DNA of 62,650 bases, filler included, from Sphacelaria rigidula (GCA_964200075.2; 5 parts of 5 records of this genome joined end to end with filler, not necessarily neighbours in it); one strand, 5' to 3'; shown: positions 11,170 to 25,107, numbered from the whole stretch's first letter. Translations and numbers: made by a program. Notes: generated by a model not told the origin, from the sequence alone.

Positions 11170-11757
11170 ATATGCGCATGTATCATTTCACTTTTTCCAC
11201 CACTTTTGCCGAGTTTTCTCTGGCGACAAGGCATCTCATCACGCGATTTCTTTTGCAGTGCGCGAAGAAGGCGCAACGGTACATTACCTTTCAGGTTTGG
11301 GTGTCATCTGACACCTGTGGCGCGTGTTATGGCCATCGAAAGTCGCCCGCACTGGCTTTTTTTCGCGGGGTGTCGATCCCGAACAACAAAAGCCTTCCCA
11401 AGTTCATGAAAGACTTCAGGCAGCAGGATAATTGTTGGCAGGGTATTTCCCCCCTGCGTTTCTCTTTGTCGCGTTCTCGTTCATTTGGGAGTACGAGTAC
11501 ACCGCTTATGCCGCTAATGTCACGAGAACATGAGAGCAATGCAGTTGAAAACACTCGAACATTGGCCTTAGTCAGCAGCAAACACCAGTTCGTGCGGTGA
11601 GCCTTTGACGAGCTGAACAAGGCACACACGTGGGCAAAAGTCCCCACTGTGGATCACCTATATTGACCAGCAAATGGGGGTGCCGAAACCCCTGTGATCG
11701 TGCAACCGGTAGGATGTACCTGTGAAGCATAGGTGCAGGGATATCCTTGTGACAGGG
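11170..11757 (-). repeat. Repeat family A, copy 3 (right arm, inverted)
   Basis: Reverse complement aligns to 2190-2798; separated from the 3' LTR by a ~225-bp AT-rich (TA)n-like tract. Confidence 0.85.
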
Positions 11758-12454
11758 TTGACAGGTTTGTCCTTGTGACAGCGATGACAGGCACAGAGGC
11801 GCCCTTGTGGCTTTGGTCGTTCGATCTAACTTCCCCGTTTTTCTATTCCGTGCGTGCTTTTCTTTGTCTCCATCACTGGCTTGTGCTTATAGTTACACAT
11901 CGATATCCTACTCAGCGATATCAAGGGCGTCAGTGGCATGCTACTACAGAAAGCATATCGGGCCTCGCGGAGGGGTATTTCGGAACTGAAACGACCTATT
12001 CACTCATCGACCGCTTCTCACTCTCAGGGCGTGTCCTAGCACTTTTTTCTTCGATCGAAAAAGTGCGATCGTTTTTTTTCTTTGCCTGTCTGATAGATCC
12101 ACCGCATTTATGTTCCTCGAAGGCTTCAACTCAAAATTATAATCAGCGGCGCGCAGAGAAGAATGCAACGAGTGAAAAAAACATTTTTTTTTTTTCCATC
12201 TGAAACATGCAGTCGAAAGGCACGAAGCGGCACTTGACTCTCATCTTACAGACCACCACGCCAAATAAGACCCGTTCGCAGGACCGTACAAACTCCATCC
12301 AACTCATTCTCAGCTACCACCGCAACCCTGCAGCATAGAGAGCACAGGAATAGATACACGAATGTAGTTGGGTAGTGCTTTGTTTATTTTTGTTGGCGAA
12401 AACTTGCGCATCTTCTCTCATGGTAGTCATCAGGGACGGAGCTGCGTGCGGTAC

Positions 12455-12554
12455 NNNNNNNNNNNNNNNNNNNNNNNNNNNNNNNNNNNNNNNNNNNNTT
12501 AATTAATTAANNNNNNNNNNNNNNNNNNNNNNNNNNNNNNNNNNNNNNNNNNNN
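12455..12554. other. Artificial contig linker
   Basis: 44 N + TTAATTAATTAA (stops in all six frames) + 44 N. Confidence 0.98.
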
Positions 12555-12687
12555 AATTCCCAGCTTCTCGTTGTGCCCGGCTTTTCCCATTTTGATGTAC
12601 GTGAACATTTTGCCTCCCAAAACCATGCACTTTTTGGGGGAAGGCTATCGTAGAAAGTGTCACATACGTTTCTTTCTTTAGTTCCAC

Positions 12688-15600
12688 CTGCGTTGTGAGT
12701 CCCCTCAGCAAAGCCTTTCGCTGGTCTGCCGGTAGGTTGAGCTTCTTGAATCCCTTCCTGTGCCGCTGCATATGGGGACGGAGTAGACACGTGAACCAGG
12801 AGACCGGAGCAGCAGTAGCGGCAACGGCAGCGGCAAAAACACGAGGCAAGACACCACACATGATATCGTTGTGTTTTGTTATTTTTCGGAGAAAGTTCAT
12901 CCCGTGACACGAGAGCGTGCGAATCCGAGTATGGAGAAAAAAAGGGGGCGGTCAGTCATCCGGAAAAAAAGAAGAGGATCGAACATCATCTGTTTATGAC
13001 GATGACAGCGGCAGAGTCTACGTGTACCACGCTTGAAAAAATGAAAGCAAACTCAACACAACCAAAGGCACCGGAAAAAATGGCATGGCGCGGGGGGGGG
13101 ATGAGGAGTGAGGATACGATCTCGACTGAGTATCAACGGAAAAATCACCCAAGGATCGAGATACGAACATTGATACCAGCGGCATATAGCGTTGTGGCGT
13201 GCTTTTTTAGAATCATACCGTACGGACAGGGAGAGATGGAAAAAAACGTGACAGCATATGTTCTGCTCCGTTCATCTCTCGAGTAGGATCTGTATCTTCC
13301 GCCCGTCAGAAGATTTCGATCTTCATCACATGGACATTTCTTCTCGTTTCTCCTCTGTGTTACTGCTTTCCACATACGGTCAACATGCACCAACTTTGCT
13401 TCCCCCCCTGCCCCTATATTTCCTGATCTGCGCAGTGATTGAACTGTAGCCTTCGGTGCGGCGTTCTATCTTCCTCATGTCTATTCCACCGTTTCGATAA
13501 TTACAGCGCCCGCGTTCTCCCGTAGAATGCTTTCATCACTTCTGCGGAGCGGACCTCGGTAGGTGATATTTTTTAAGCCGAATAAGCGAAATGTACACGA
13601 TATTTTAGTACGGGTAGAGCGACACCCGCTATCCGAGAACACGGACGTTCGAGAAATAGTGCGACCTGGGCAAAGTAAGTACCATTTAAACCGATCCACC
13701 GCCCCGGTCGATGATATGGGTTCTAAGCGGAAGAGAATATTCGGTGCGTTCGGGGTAGATGGTTTGTTGGAGAAGCAACGCTTACATGAGGGAATGGTAA
13801 AAAGTCGTTGGCACACATGAGCCGCTTTTGATATTTACTCGTGAATAGAATGCGGTCAGCAAGTACGAACATGTCCGCACACACCAGCAGAATGATGAGT
13901 GGGCGAAAGAGCGTGCACCGCCCTCCCTCAATCATGACAAAAAGAAAACACCTGCACACCTACTGGCGACAACTGTCATTATCCAACTCAATCAACTCGG
14001 CAGACCGTAAGTGGGCAATCTCGTCACGGAAAACCACGGGCATTCCAAGTTGGGGGGGGGTTCGAAAGTGTGTGTGGTGAATCCCAGGGCTCGCAGCATA
14101 TTTGCATGAGTCTTGTCGCTGCGAGTCCAACATCGCCACAGTGATTCTGCCGAAATCACGGTCATATTTCGAGAGGAATAAAACAGGGCAGGGATTGAGC
14201 GGAGTAATCCACTCATGAAAAAATGTGTAAATTGTGTTGTTTTACCATTGGGGACAAAACTGGACCCTCTTGCGGCGGACAGGGAGCTCATAACCTCTCC
14301 CTGTGCGATTTCAGTTCCCGTTGGTGGAGAGAAAATGAATTGCACCACCTGAGCTAGTAATGCACAACTACAAAAAGGTGATGTGTAGTGAGCCGCCCAA
14401 CAACGCTCAAGGTGTGTAAGGAACGACCTCACAAGTACTAGAACTGCGTGGACGTTATCGAGAGATATGGCAATGTCTGGGGTACACTGTGGCAGTACAG
14501 GATAGCGGTAGCTGAGCCTCAAACACATGAAGTTCATGGAGATAAAAATGGGTAGAAGTAACAGAAGCGGGTTTTTCGTATACGAAATTCCATAATTTTC
14601 GCGCAAGTATCTCTCGTCTCCTACAAACTTGTGTACATCACCTTCCATTGACCATAATTACTCACTTTGGCGAATGTGGTAACTTTGTATTTTCATGGGG
14701 GGAAGGATCATAGGTAGGTACCACGTACACAATGATTTTATTTGCACGAGTAACATCTTGCCGACCACGAAGGTATGTAAAATATACTTCACCTTGGCTA
14801 CTGCCCAAAATTAGAAGCACAGGGAGAGCAACTGCGTCTTTCATGACGTCCGGTGAAGCCGACGATGCCATTTTCAGCAAACAATAAAAAACTCTTATCG
14901 CCTGCCGATGGATGACTATGGCGGCGGGCTCACAGGTACGGGTTTATTTTCATCCAAAAAATGTACCACTTCCTCGTCGTTTCATGGTGCATTTCATGGT
15001 ACAAACTCAACCCTCTTGGAACCCTTTGACGATTCTTGTTTTTGTGAATCGGCATCATTTTGACTTGAAAATGATTGAATCTGATGCTAATTCCAAGAAC
15101 AAAAAGCGTCATGAGTTCCAAAAGGGTTAATTTTAGTATGCACTCCGTCACACATGGCTTTCGCCGGTCTTCCGGTGCCCGCGGCAGCAGTGCAGTACCA
15201 TGCGAAGGCAGGATGATATGCAACACAACGACGGTCTCACAAGCGGCGCCGTCTATCGGTATACGGGTTAGTGTACCCCACGTTTGCTTCAAGTGTCGCC
15301 GTGCCCGCGGTATGGTTGCGGTGGCCGGGGCTGATGCTGCAGTCTCCATTTGCGCCCGGCTTGCTGCTCATCCTGCCCAGCCCTGGATACGGGGCATGAC
15401 TAAAGATAGCTCAATCGTCGTCGTTGTGTGTTGTTTCATGCTGCTCGGACGGGATATAACCCAAGAATAGGACAGTACCCGCATCAACGCTGCTGACTCC
15501 CTTTCGTAGGCTGTCGTGCTTTTGTTGTGGAATGGCTCGCGTTGATCGGTGTCGTGCAGGCATGAAAAGCACAGTGCCAATTCGCTGGCCAGCGCCGGCG

Positions 15601-17684
15601 AGTCTTTGTGCGATACAGATACAGTCGGTATAGCGACAGCAAGTTGTTGAGGTACACGGCTGAACACAAACAGTCACTCTACATACAGAACATCAGACAG
15701 CTGACGTAATAATACATCTCTCTTGCGTACGTGATCCCGTGTGCTAAAACGCTGCTTCATTTCGAAGGTATACAGAATGCTTCGCTTGCTCGTGGCTCGG
15801 TGCTTGTCAAATAAAGTATCGATGCTGAGACTACTTCTCATGCATGAAAAAATAAAACTTTTCAAGTGCAGTTTTGGCCCTTCTCCTTCGTTTTTCCCCC
15901 GAAAGGAGGGCTAGGCGGATGTTCACACCTTGGCATGACTTGCTTTACTCGCTGAGATCGTTCCAGAGCACCTTTCCAGTTTCTGTAGATCGCAGCGAGT
16001 AGAGCAAGTCAATCCGAGGTATCAATATCCGCCTAGCCCTCTTTTCGAGGGAAAACCGACGGAGGAGGGCCGAAAATACACTTTTCAACATGTTTTGTTA
16101 TTGCATACACTGGGAGTGGCCTGACTGCACATATTTTTTCCAGCTGTCGTCCTGCTACTGTTGTTTTGGGCTGCAGCAAGCTAAAGGAGGGAAGTAAAGC
16201 CCAGACCAGGCCCGGACAACAAATTACCCAACAGGGTACTCTTCTGGACCCTCTGCGGCAGATGGAGTTTGTGTAACGCACGTGTATCCAGCCCGCCGAG
16301 ATCCAGCGAAAATCCAGACAAGAATAATGGAAAACAACGAAAAACTCGTTCAGTTGAATCATAACCGTACGGATCAACGCGGTGTGATAACTATGGGTCG
16401 CAGTCTTCCATCGAGGGGGAATGGGCCAAATCAACAGGTACGCCGCATACCGAGCGGTCAAAGGGTAAGGTTAAGGCACGCAGGAAAAATGCAGCTAGCG
16501 GTATGACGTAACCGAAAATAAGGCATGCCCCGACACCCGATGAGTTAGAGGCCGCCGACCAGGGAAAAAAGGAGGAAGGGGAGAGAGGGGAAGATGGGCC
16601 AAGAGTCGTGCTGGCTTTGCTCTTCCATTGGTTCACCTACTAGCGTATGCCGTTTCTCGTGTTTTACTTGAGGCAGCGTTCCACCTCACCAGGCACCAAT
16701 AGAGGCTTGCCGTTACTGTTGCTCTCCACATTCCTCTACTTTGTTTTGCGTCCGATCATACTGTCCGTTTCAACGGTAGTAGCTTGTGCATCATTCGGCA
16801 TCAGAAAGGGCTTGCTCTTCATGTCATGGCTTCATGCAATTGTGGTCTCTTCTCTCCATCCCCCCCACAGGTCTGTGTTTGCATCAACATTTGACACGAT
16901 GTGCAAATAGCACAGATCAGTACAGTACCTTCAGACTAATGCATGCAGCATAACCACAGGATATTCCTGCAATAAGAGTCCATGCGTTCATCATGGTACG
17001 GTCGGTCAATGGCCGCGCGGGCCTACGTAAGCGTGTCGTGCGGCGCACAGACGCACGCTTTGCAACATGTTTATGGACCGTGAACACTGACTCGAAAACC
17101 GCACAGTAGTTGCAAAATCAAACTACTTCTGTACTGTAATGTACTGTACAAACATGCCAAGCAGGGGCAACAGCCACGTAACATGAAAGTTCGGAGAGGG
17201 GAGAGCAACTGAAGGACAATAAAAGCCGATGCCGAACAGAAGGCAAAACCGTTAAGTCGGAGTCTCCTCACGACCACGAAGTTCCGCCTCATCACCCCAG
17301 CTACCCAAGCATGAGAACATGCAAGCACCGTGCCCTCCCTTCCGCCCCTCCTCCTCCCCGAACCTTCAACCGCAAAAAATACATGAGCTGTCTGACCAAT
17401 CTGTAAACCATCCAGTTCCTCTCCACCTCATCAAGTGCTATCACGCTTCTCAGTGCGATGATACGGCTGTATGGTGCCGCTAGATGCAAATACCTCACCA
17501 TCATTTCCAAGGTGCCATGGCCGGAGCTATACTCACGGTGGCACACGTCTAGCCCCGTGAAGGCCGAGGGAGAGAAAGATGTTGCCGCACCCACCACCGA
17601 CCCCGCAGGCGCAATCATGAAGGCCCTCGTATGAGTCACGAGCGCCACCAGCAGGCACGTGAAGATTGCGATAGCGCGAGCCAT
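12688..17684 (-). CDS. rpl17: Nuclear-encoded plastid 50S ribosomal protein L17 (bL17c), 5' part; exons 17684-17499 and 12765-12688
   Basis: Exon 1 encodes signal peptide MARAIAIFTCLLVALVTHTRA-F (AF motif of secondary-plastid targeting) plus transit peptide, ending ATG|GTGAGG. Exon 2 (cag|CGG) encodes RHRKGFKKLNLPADQRKALLRGLTTQ, matching the plastid L17 N-terminus. Phase-0 join across a 4.7-kb intron; the rest is beyond the contig end. Confidence 0.88.
15864..16083. mobile_element. MITE-like family B (hairpin with ~100-bp arms) in rpl17 intron
   Basis: CGAAAGGAGGGCTAGGCGGATG... is inverted to ...ATCCGCCTAGCCCTCTTTTCG; related copies at about 27520-27645 (one arm) and 34185-34575 (both arms). 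Confidence 0.75.
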
Positions 17685-18220
17685 TGTAATTCTTTGTTTA
17701 GCTTGCAGTTCAGCACTCTTTGTGAGTCTTCTACTCGGGCGCGGTACTGAGTGCTCTCTCTCTTTACCGACCGCTGTTGCTTGCGCGTGTCGGGGCTATG
17801 GGTAGTGCTTGTAGTTCACGCACGTCCTTTTTGGCTAATGAAGCGTTCTTCTTATAAAAGAGGGTAGGATAAAGGAGGGATATAAATAGGGTATGATATA
17901 TTTTTGTAAGGAGGCGTTTTATGCGGGACTGTGTCACGACGGGTTCTGTCGAGATCATCATCAAAGCTGACCGCAAACAGCCCTATGACTGTACCACCGT
18001 TATAGTTGGATTGCTCTGTACTGCGTGCTGTACTATCAAAGAGGTTCTATCGAGTTCAGGTGCAAAGAGGTAAGATATTCCTTCAGCCTAGCGCTCTGTA
18101 GAACACTCGCCAGGTGCTCCTGATTTCACACCTCACACTTGCAACGAAAGCAGCGGCAAGGACAGAGAGCAGGAAGAATACGCGGAGAATCTGTCTCTCG
18201 CTCACTCGGAACAGCTAGTC

Positions 18221-21200
18221 ATGGAAGTCGACTCGGACGAACCGGGGGGGGGGGTGGCTACGCAGCAATACCCTCAGCATCGCGTCAACGAGCTGCTGCC
18301 GTCCTACAAGGAGCGCATACCCGCTGAAGGCGAGCGACTCCTGGCCGACATCATGAGCATCCTCACGACCTTCGCTGCCGAACGCGATGACACCATGAAG
18401 GTGCTGCGGGCATGCTCCGGGCTCGAGCGCATGCGAGACCTCAAGTATCATTTGACCGATGAGGCGAGGCTCGAGCTCGTCCGCATCTTGCACAGTCTAG
18501 CCTTCCCTGAGCACGACGTTACAGCATTGCCGTGGCGTGTCGGCAGCAAGATCCTTTTCAACCTCGCGGTTCTCATTGGCAAGAAGGCGGGGCATCTGGC
18601 GCTACAAGGTACAACGGTGTATGGGTGTGGGTGCGTGCGAGGTTCATGCCTTGTACCTTCACTGCACAAGCTCGTACTCCTCTCCGAGTGTCGACAGTAC
18701 AGTTTAATGGCTGGGTGCGCGTTGCATGGGTACATTGTACGAAGTTTTGCCGGCCATTCCACCGTAGCATTGCACAGCACACTCTAGGCAGTTACAGGCA
18801 CAGTCGAAAAATAAGTGGGTTTGGCTGATGCAGCAACGAGATCTGTCCTCTCACCTCACCGGACATCCACGGAGTCAAACGAGCCATATAAGACGCGATA
18901 TCTTTATCCAATTCCGTGGGTGCCTCGCGTAGTCTGCAAGTCCACAACGCATGGTGTTGTGCTGAGCTACTCACTGGTATGACTCGCCTAATCTGCCTGG
19001 TCCATTGTTCTTATCAGTGTTGACGTTGATCCTGTGCCGCTACCCGTCAGTCATCCATACTGCATCCCTTCCTTCATCGCCCTCTGACACGTGAAACTTC
19101 AACAGGCCGATTTTTTCTACAGTGGCGTCCAATTCTTGCGGCGCTTGAAGATTCCGCATTGAGAGATTTTCCCCAGGGCTCGAGCCGCCAAGAGCGGGCG
19201 CGCCTGGCCGCCCTCACCACTTTAGTCAATGAAGCAAGGCGCTACTGGGTCCCGGGTGCAGATCGCGAGATTTGGGATCACATCAAGGGCGAATTAAGGA
19301 GAGTACAAACACAGGGCGCATTCAATGCGCTGTTCATATTGTGCATGTTCCTGCCGTCGCGCACGAGCCTGTACGACGAGCTTCTGCCGGAGTGGTTCAG
19401 GTGCGCGCGTGTGCGGGTTGGTGGTAGTATCGATTGTGTTTCAGCCTGTTGTCGGTAAGGGAGGGTGCGCTAGTTTCGTTTTTATCGTGATTATTGTTTT
19501 GCTCTCTCGTATGCACTCTGTGTATTCGGGCGTTTGTAGAAGCAGTGATTTCAGTGACTGATTAACTGCATGAGATGGCACGAGGCCTGAAGGTTCATTT
19601 CAGTGCATCGCCACGCAAGTTGAAAGAACTGTACATTGTTTATCCCTTAGACAGCGACCCCCCGCAGGTGGACTGGCATGGACTATACCACATTTGGGGT
19701 TCAGAACAGCTCTTTTCTCGCCACACAAAACACCTCTTTTCATAATCATGTGGATCTTGGATGTTTACATGGAACACAGTTGCGAAGAACACCTGACCGG
19801 TTTTGACCCCGCAGTCTAAAGCGTGCCGCGTCAGTTTGCGTGCTGTATGTCTCCGCTGGGTACAACGGCAAGAGGCAGTCAGCGGGCCATCGCTGTCCAC
19901 TGAACATAGTCTACGGCATCCTGCTGGTGCCTCTGCATAGTATTCCACAACAACGTTACGGACAGTGTGGAGCTATGCAGGCAATATGTAAGGGTCAGGC
20001 AGGTGGCACAGGCCACAAGGTAGTACGAACCGTTATTTTGCCCATGCAATCTATATGGTTGAATTGTCATGACCTAAGTGAGAAAGACGGCTAGACGGCG
20101 AATAGTCCACCTGTAGGGGAAGTAAGTGACCAGTTTGGCAGCCGTCATCGGTCAGAATAGTCACTCCGCTACTCCCGTGCCTCGTTCGTGGCTTATTGTT
20201 GTCCGTGAGAAACTTCCCAACAAACAGGGTTGACTTGGTGGGCTTTTCGGTTGTTCTGCGAACAGGCCCCCACCCCTCCGTCAAACACCACTCCCACGCC
20301 CCCTCGAAACCCCCGGATGTCCCTGGGCTGTCAGCCTATGAAACTGTTCGAAGGCGATGCTCGCTGTCTCAGGGTTGTATTCCAAGCTGTCAACTCCGGG
20401 GTGATGATGCACGGTGTGCACTAACGCACTACTCCCCGCACAAAATCTCGACTTACTGATCGTTTGCTACTTTATCTTCCTTCAGCCTCTGGGGGCAAGT
20501 TGACCACTGCTCTGCATGGGACGGCGCCTGGCTTACCCTCTTTTGCCGTGCGCGTAAGCATGCCTCAGCCGCCTTCGATTGGACGCCGTACATGGCTGAT
20601 CTCTACAGCCACGCTCGCGCCTGCATCCACACCCCGATCTCCGTGGGTGATGCAGGCTCCGCGTTGCTACCGGCCGCGCGTCAAGTGACCTACCAGTACC
20701 AGGTTTTTGCCCCCCCAGCTTCTCGGTACCCCATGAGAAAGACCTCAAAGCTAGCCAAGCTGCTCGTGTTCCTCCTTGGTAAGGGCGGGCCGGGGAAGGC
20801 AGTAAGGGTATCGGACGTGACCATCGTCCCACCAGCCGACGAACGGGAGGCTGGAAGTCAGGGCGCAAGCGTGATCAGAGAGCGGGTGGTTTCACCCGGT
20901 GCGCTCGATCTCCTGTCCCTCTTCCGCAGCCTGAGGACCTACTTCCACCCGAGCAATGGCGGGCGATGGTCCGTGGAAATTGCGAACTTGACGTTGTGCA
21001 TTAGCTGCTCGTTGGCGCGTCGGGTCGGCGCGGAGAGCGCTTTGCGCGAGGTCAGGCGGACGCCGGACACAGGGGAACTCATGCGAGACGACGCTGGGAT
21101 AGTGACTGAGGCTTTGCTGCCGCTGGTCATGGAAATGGTGTACTCCAAGAGCCGCGCTGTGTTGATGATAGCCAGTGCGTGCTTGTCGGCGCTGGCAGAG

Positions 21201-24200
21201 CTGAGCCCGAAGAGCGTGGCCCCTGCCGCTGCGGAGCTCATTTTGCGGGCCCTGGATCCCGTTGCTTCGATCAACCATACTCACCAGGTGAGATGGGCTC
21301 GACGTAACGTAGTACAGTAACAGTAGGTCGCGGCCTTGAACAGGCCCTCGGTATTAGGGTGATATGGTGATTGTCACACGTAGAGAAGGTGAACAACGGC
21401 AACTTGCACAAGATTGCAAGGGTCGGACAAATCAATTATTCGTCTGAAAATTACTCGGTTTTAGTATAATTGATTCGACTCGTACGAATCAATCACTAGG
21501 CTTTGNNNNNNNNNNGCGTGGATACCCCTTGGACCAGCGATTGACTTTTTTCTCCCTTTTGGGCAATCAGGCCAAAGAAATCTTGGATTTGGTGATTCTT
21601 GGTCGTGATGATTCGTCCTAACCGTGCAAGCTTGTCGAAAGTTGTAGAATGTTGTGTTAGGTGGTACAGTGGTGTATCCCACGCTTCCGTGGGTACGCTG
21701 TTAGTTGTGAGGATCTAATTGGTGGATGCGTGTAGCGCCCACCAAAATGCCGTGCCCCTGAACCCCAATATCTATCCGGCAACGCGCACCCTTACGGTGT
21801 AAGACCTCAACAGGACCACTCTAGAGCAAAGAAGCTGTGAGATGGCTGACGAAAAACATCTGTGCTGTGAAACTCCTGTCTGCACTCATTCTGTGTCCAC
21901 GCTGCCGTGTTTGTTACTCATTTCCTGCCCTCCCCCTCTACACACACATATACACGCTTGCCCAGGCTCCAGCTGCGCTGGAGATTCTGACTTCCGTGTT
22001 CAGGCCGCTCATGTACCCGAAACCGTACCTGGCCCAGTACCTGCCGGCAATTCTGGAGCTGTCTCTGCCGGGCCTCGATCCGAGTGACGTGTTCAAGACA
22101 ACCGTTACTCTTCAGCTCTACTTCCTCATTTTGTGTTGGCTGCCTGTAAAGGGCAACTCCGTCGAGTGAGTTGAGAGCATAACTAGTGTACGCATAATGA
22201 CGACGTTCAGTTTCGAAGTCCAGGTGTAACACACATAAAAGAAAACTGAGTGGACGTGAATTGAGGTACATGACATTCGTTCTCTTCCGCGTAGTGTTGG
22301 CATTCAGGGTTGTTTCCAGTCTTCGTGAAACGTGATTGTTTTCGAGGTCATTATCCAATCGTTCACGTACGTGCCGTAGGTGTCGCCGCTTTCCAAGTCT
22401 TGTCGTTCTCAAATGAGCTTTATGGCAAAAGGATGGCTGCACGTTGTGTAACTGCGCTGGTTTCTCCCCCAAGCCAGCATGTTTTATAGGGTATGTGTAT
22501 GTAGAGTTGTAGATGTTTCGCTTCTAGGTGCCATTCATTTCAAAGGGCGTCCTCTTCTGCGCCCGCTAAACATACCCGACTGCTGACATGCTGCCACCTG
22601 CTCCATTTTATTCCGCTCTGTGCTTTGGTCGAGAAGCTCTGCCGATGGATCGCTGTGCCAGTGGAAGCCACCCCCGCCAGCATGGCTGGACGCATCGGAT
22701 GAGGACAGAGATGACGAGGAACTGTACATCGCTTCCGAGAACTTGAGCGGAGTAATGCCGGAATGGTCTGCGGCTCTTTTAGATCGCCTGTTCGAGATTC
22801 TGCGCCACAAGGACAAAACGTCGAAGGTGAAGGCCGGAGATTTAGGTTCCGATACAATGAACGTTGCCGCCGCCGTGTCGGGGCTCGGTGATCCCGGCGG
22901 CGGCAGTGGCGGCGGACTGCAGGGGATGCTTGCGTCGATGATGGGGGGAGCCGGGCGCGATGGGATGCTCGTTTCTCTTATCGGGTTAGTGACACAGCAA
23001 CTCTTCACCATGATGGACGGACCTGCGGGGGAGATGGCCGCGGTCAAAGTCCTGCGTTTCGTGACCGACAGCGCTCTGCCCAACGCTGAGAAAGACGTGG
23101 CTAGGATGGTTGAGATGTTGGCCTGGGCACGCCCCGACCGCACCGTGGCAAACTTTTTCCCTGCATTGTGTGAAGGCTTGCTGGTTCCCGGCGCGGTCGG
23201 CAACGAGTCTCCGGTTTTAGCGCCCGGCGTGTCTGTTCCGCTGCTTAGATGGCGGCTGCGCCTGCTGTCCGGGCTCGCCAGGGGGGCAGGGCAGGCGCTG
23301 GTGACCAAGCGGGCGACGCTGCGGGGCCTGATCGCCGCCGGCATCAAGCACAATGATAAAAGCGTTCGCAAGTGCGCAAGAAAGTTGTTGCGTAAGGCAC
23401 TGATTGGACTGTCAGAAATGTTTCCTGCTGACACCCGATCGTTGCCCCCAACGCGCTGGGCAAACGCCAACAGCGCGGCGGAGTGGCGCCGAATTTGCGA
23501 ACCCGTCCCGCCCGGCGAGCACGCCATTGTGTGGAAAGAGCCCACCGCGGATGGGCTTGCACTTGCCGCGGAGCTTCTACAAGAATTCCTTCACCAACCC
23601 ATGCAAGAGCTGTCCGCGGAACTCTCGAAGGAGCTTGCGGAAGGGAATCATGGGGCGGTGAATGGTGCGGCGGCGAGCGCGCCGGGTGTTTGGCGTGAGC
23701 AACTGAAGACGATGGACTATGCCCTGCGAGGCGGGATTTGTCTGCTCGGGGATCGTGGCACACCTGGTGAGGATGATTTAGATGTGGAGGATGGATTGCG
23801 CGACGATCTCTACCTTGCCGTTGGGAGTCACGCGCTCTTGGCCTTGAAAACGGCAGCCACTGCGGCGGAGGGCCCGCGGCTGTTCGCATTAGTGGCAGGA
23901 CTGCGCGCCGGAGTTGCGCGATTTTTGCTCTCAGTCCTGGAGGCCTGTGCCAAAGGAAAGGGCCCCGTAGATGTCAAGTCCTCCAAACTGGCCATCCGCC
24001 TGTCGCAGCGCATTGCGTGCACCCGAGGGGCGAACGCACACCTCGTACGGCGTCAGAAGACAACGCTGAGAGTATTTAAATCTCAGCAGAAAAGCGTGCT
24101 GAGCGCCGCGTTGGCGAAGGCCAGACTTGGTGTAGCGCTCGAGGCGGCTGTAGCAGGGGACGCCGCGACCGCTACCGCTGCACGACGACTGCTCGCCACG

Positions 24201-24845
24201 ACAGGCACCGGTGGTGCAGTTTCTCACCCGCGTGTCTGGGTCGTCGGACGCTCGATTCTTCAGCACTATCGGCGGATGTCGATGGCGCCGAGAGCTATTG
24301 CATACGGCGCGAAGGATGCAGCGCATTCCCGGGACGCTGAGGAAGCTGGCCCGGCTGCGACAGTCGTGGTCCGGTGGTCTGCTGCCGCCGCCGTCCTCGA
24401 CCGGTACCGTGCCCTCTTCGACGCCCTGAAGGATCTTGCCTCCGCTGAGTATGCCATGGTGCGAGCGGCTGCTCAGGTTGGGGTGAACAGAGTGGGAGGC
24501 GTATATCCTTGGATGGCGCGAAGTATTGTCCCGGGGCTAATCAATGTGCTCTCCACGGGTGGTCAAGACGATCTACCGCAAGACTCGGACAAGGTGGTGG
24601 GCAACGGTGAAGCGGCTCATAGACGGCTGACAGGGGCGTGTTACCTTCTTCATCAGACGAGGAGCATGCGTCACGTGGCCTCCAAGTGGAGTCTGTTGCG
24701 AATGTTACTGTTGGCCCTGTGCGACTCGCAGACCGTGCTGACGTGTCTGCCGACCGACAAGCAGGAGAAGGCCGCCGCACGGGTAACGATTCTGTTCACG
24801 TCCTACGTGTCCATGTGGAGGGCCAACCCGATCGCAGACGAAAAG
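18221..24845 (+). CDS. PSME4: Proteasome activator PA200/Blm10 (PSME4), 5' part; exons 18221-18608, 19106-19400, 20486-21287, 21966-22165, ~22634-24845
   Basis: Phase-consistent GT-AG joins. PA200-like motifs QWRPIL, LCMFLPS, LRTYFHPSNGGRWS, LSLPGLDPSDVFKTTVTLQ and EYAMVRAAAQ. Truncated by the contig end. Confidence 0.9.
19800..20400 (+). repeat. Dispersed repeat family D (second copy about 46390-46930)
   Basis: Colinear blocks TACAACGGCAAGA, CAGTGTGGAGCTATGC, GACTTGGTG.GCTTTTCGG and CGAACAGGCCCCCA occur in two unlinked contigs. Confidence 0.75.
21417..21626 (+). repeat. Dispersed repeat family C (copies 25442-25683 and partial 37669-37730)
   Basis: Shared CAAGGGTCGGACAAAT...TTCGTCTGAAAATTACT...GTCGTGATGATT.GTCCTAACCGTG; contains a 10-N gap at 21506-21515. 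Confidence 0.75.
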
Positions 24846-25007
24846 GTGAGCTTTGGATTTCTCGTCGTGCTTGACTACGTCCCACATAGGATGGTGCTGT
24901 TGAACATCACGACGCGTCTATCGCTGGTTTGAATTAAGTGTGTTTAGTCGTGTTACTTGAGAATCGGAGACGACGTACAGTGCTATGGGTGCTGCCCCCC
25001 CCCCCCC

Positions 25008-25107
25008 NNNNNNNNNNNNNNNNNNNNNNNNNNNNNNNNNNNNNNNNNNNNTTAATTAATTAANNNNNNNNNNNNNNNNNNNNNNNNNNNNNNNNNNNNN
25101 NNNNNNN
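25008..25107. other. Artificial contig linker
   Basis: Same 100-bp N/TTAATTAATTAA spacer. Confidence 0.98.

Noticed and set aside
12499-12510. TTAATTAATTAA as a biological repeated motif
   Set aside because: Always centred in 44+44 Ns; an assembly linker.
22535-23545. 336-aa antisense ORF
   Set aside because: Shadow of the GC-rich PSME4 exon on the opposite strand.
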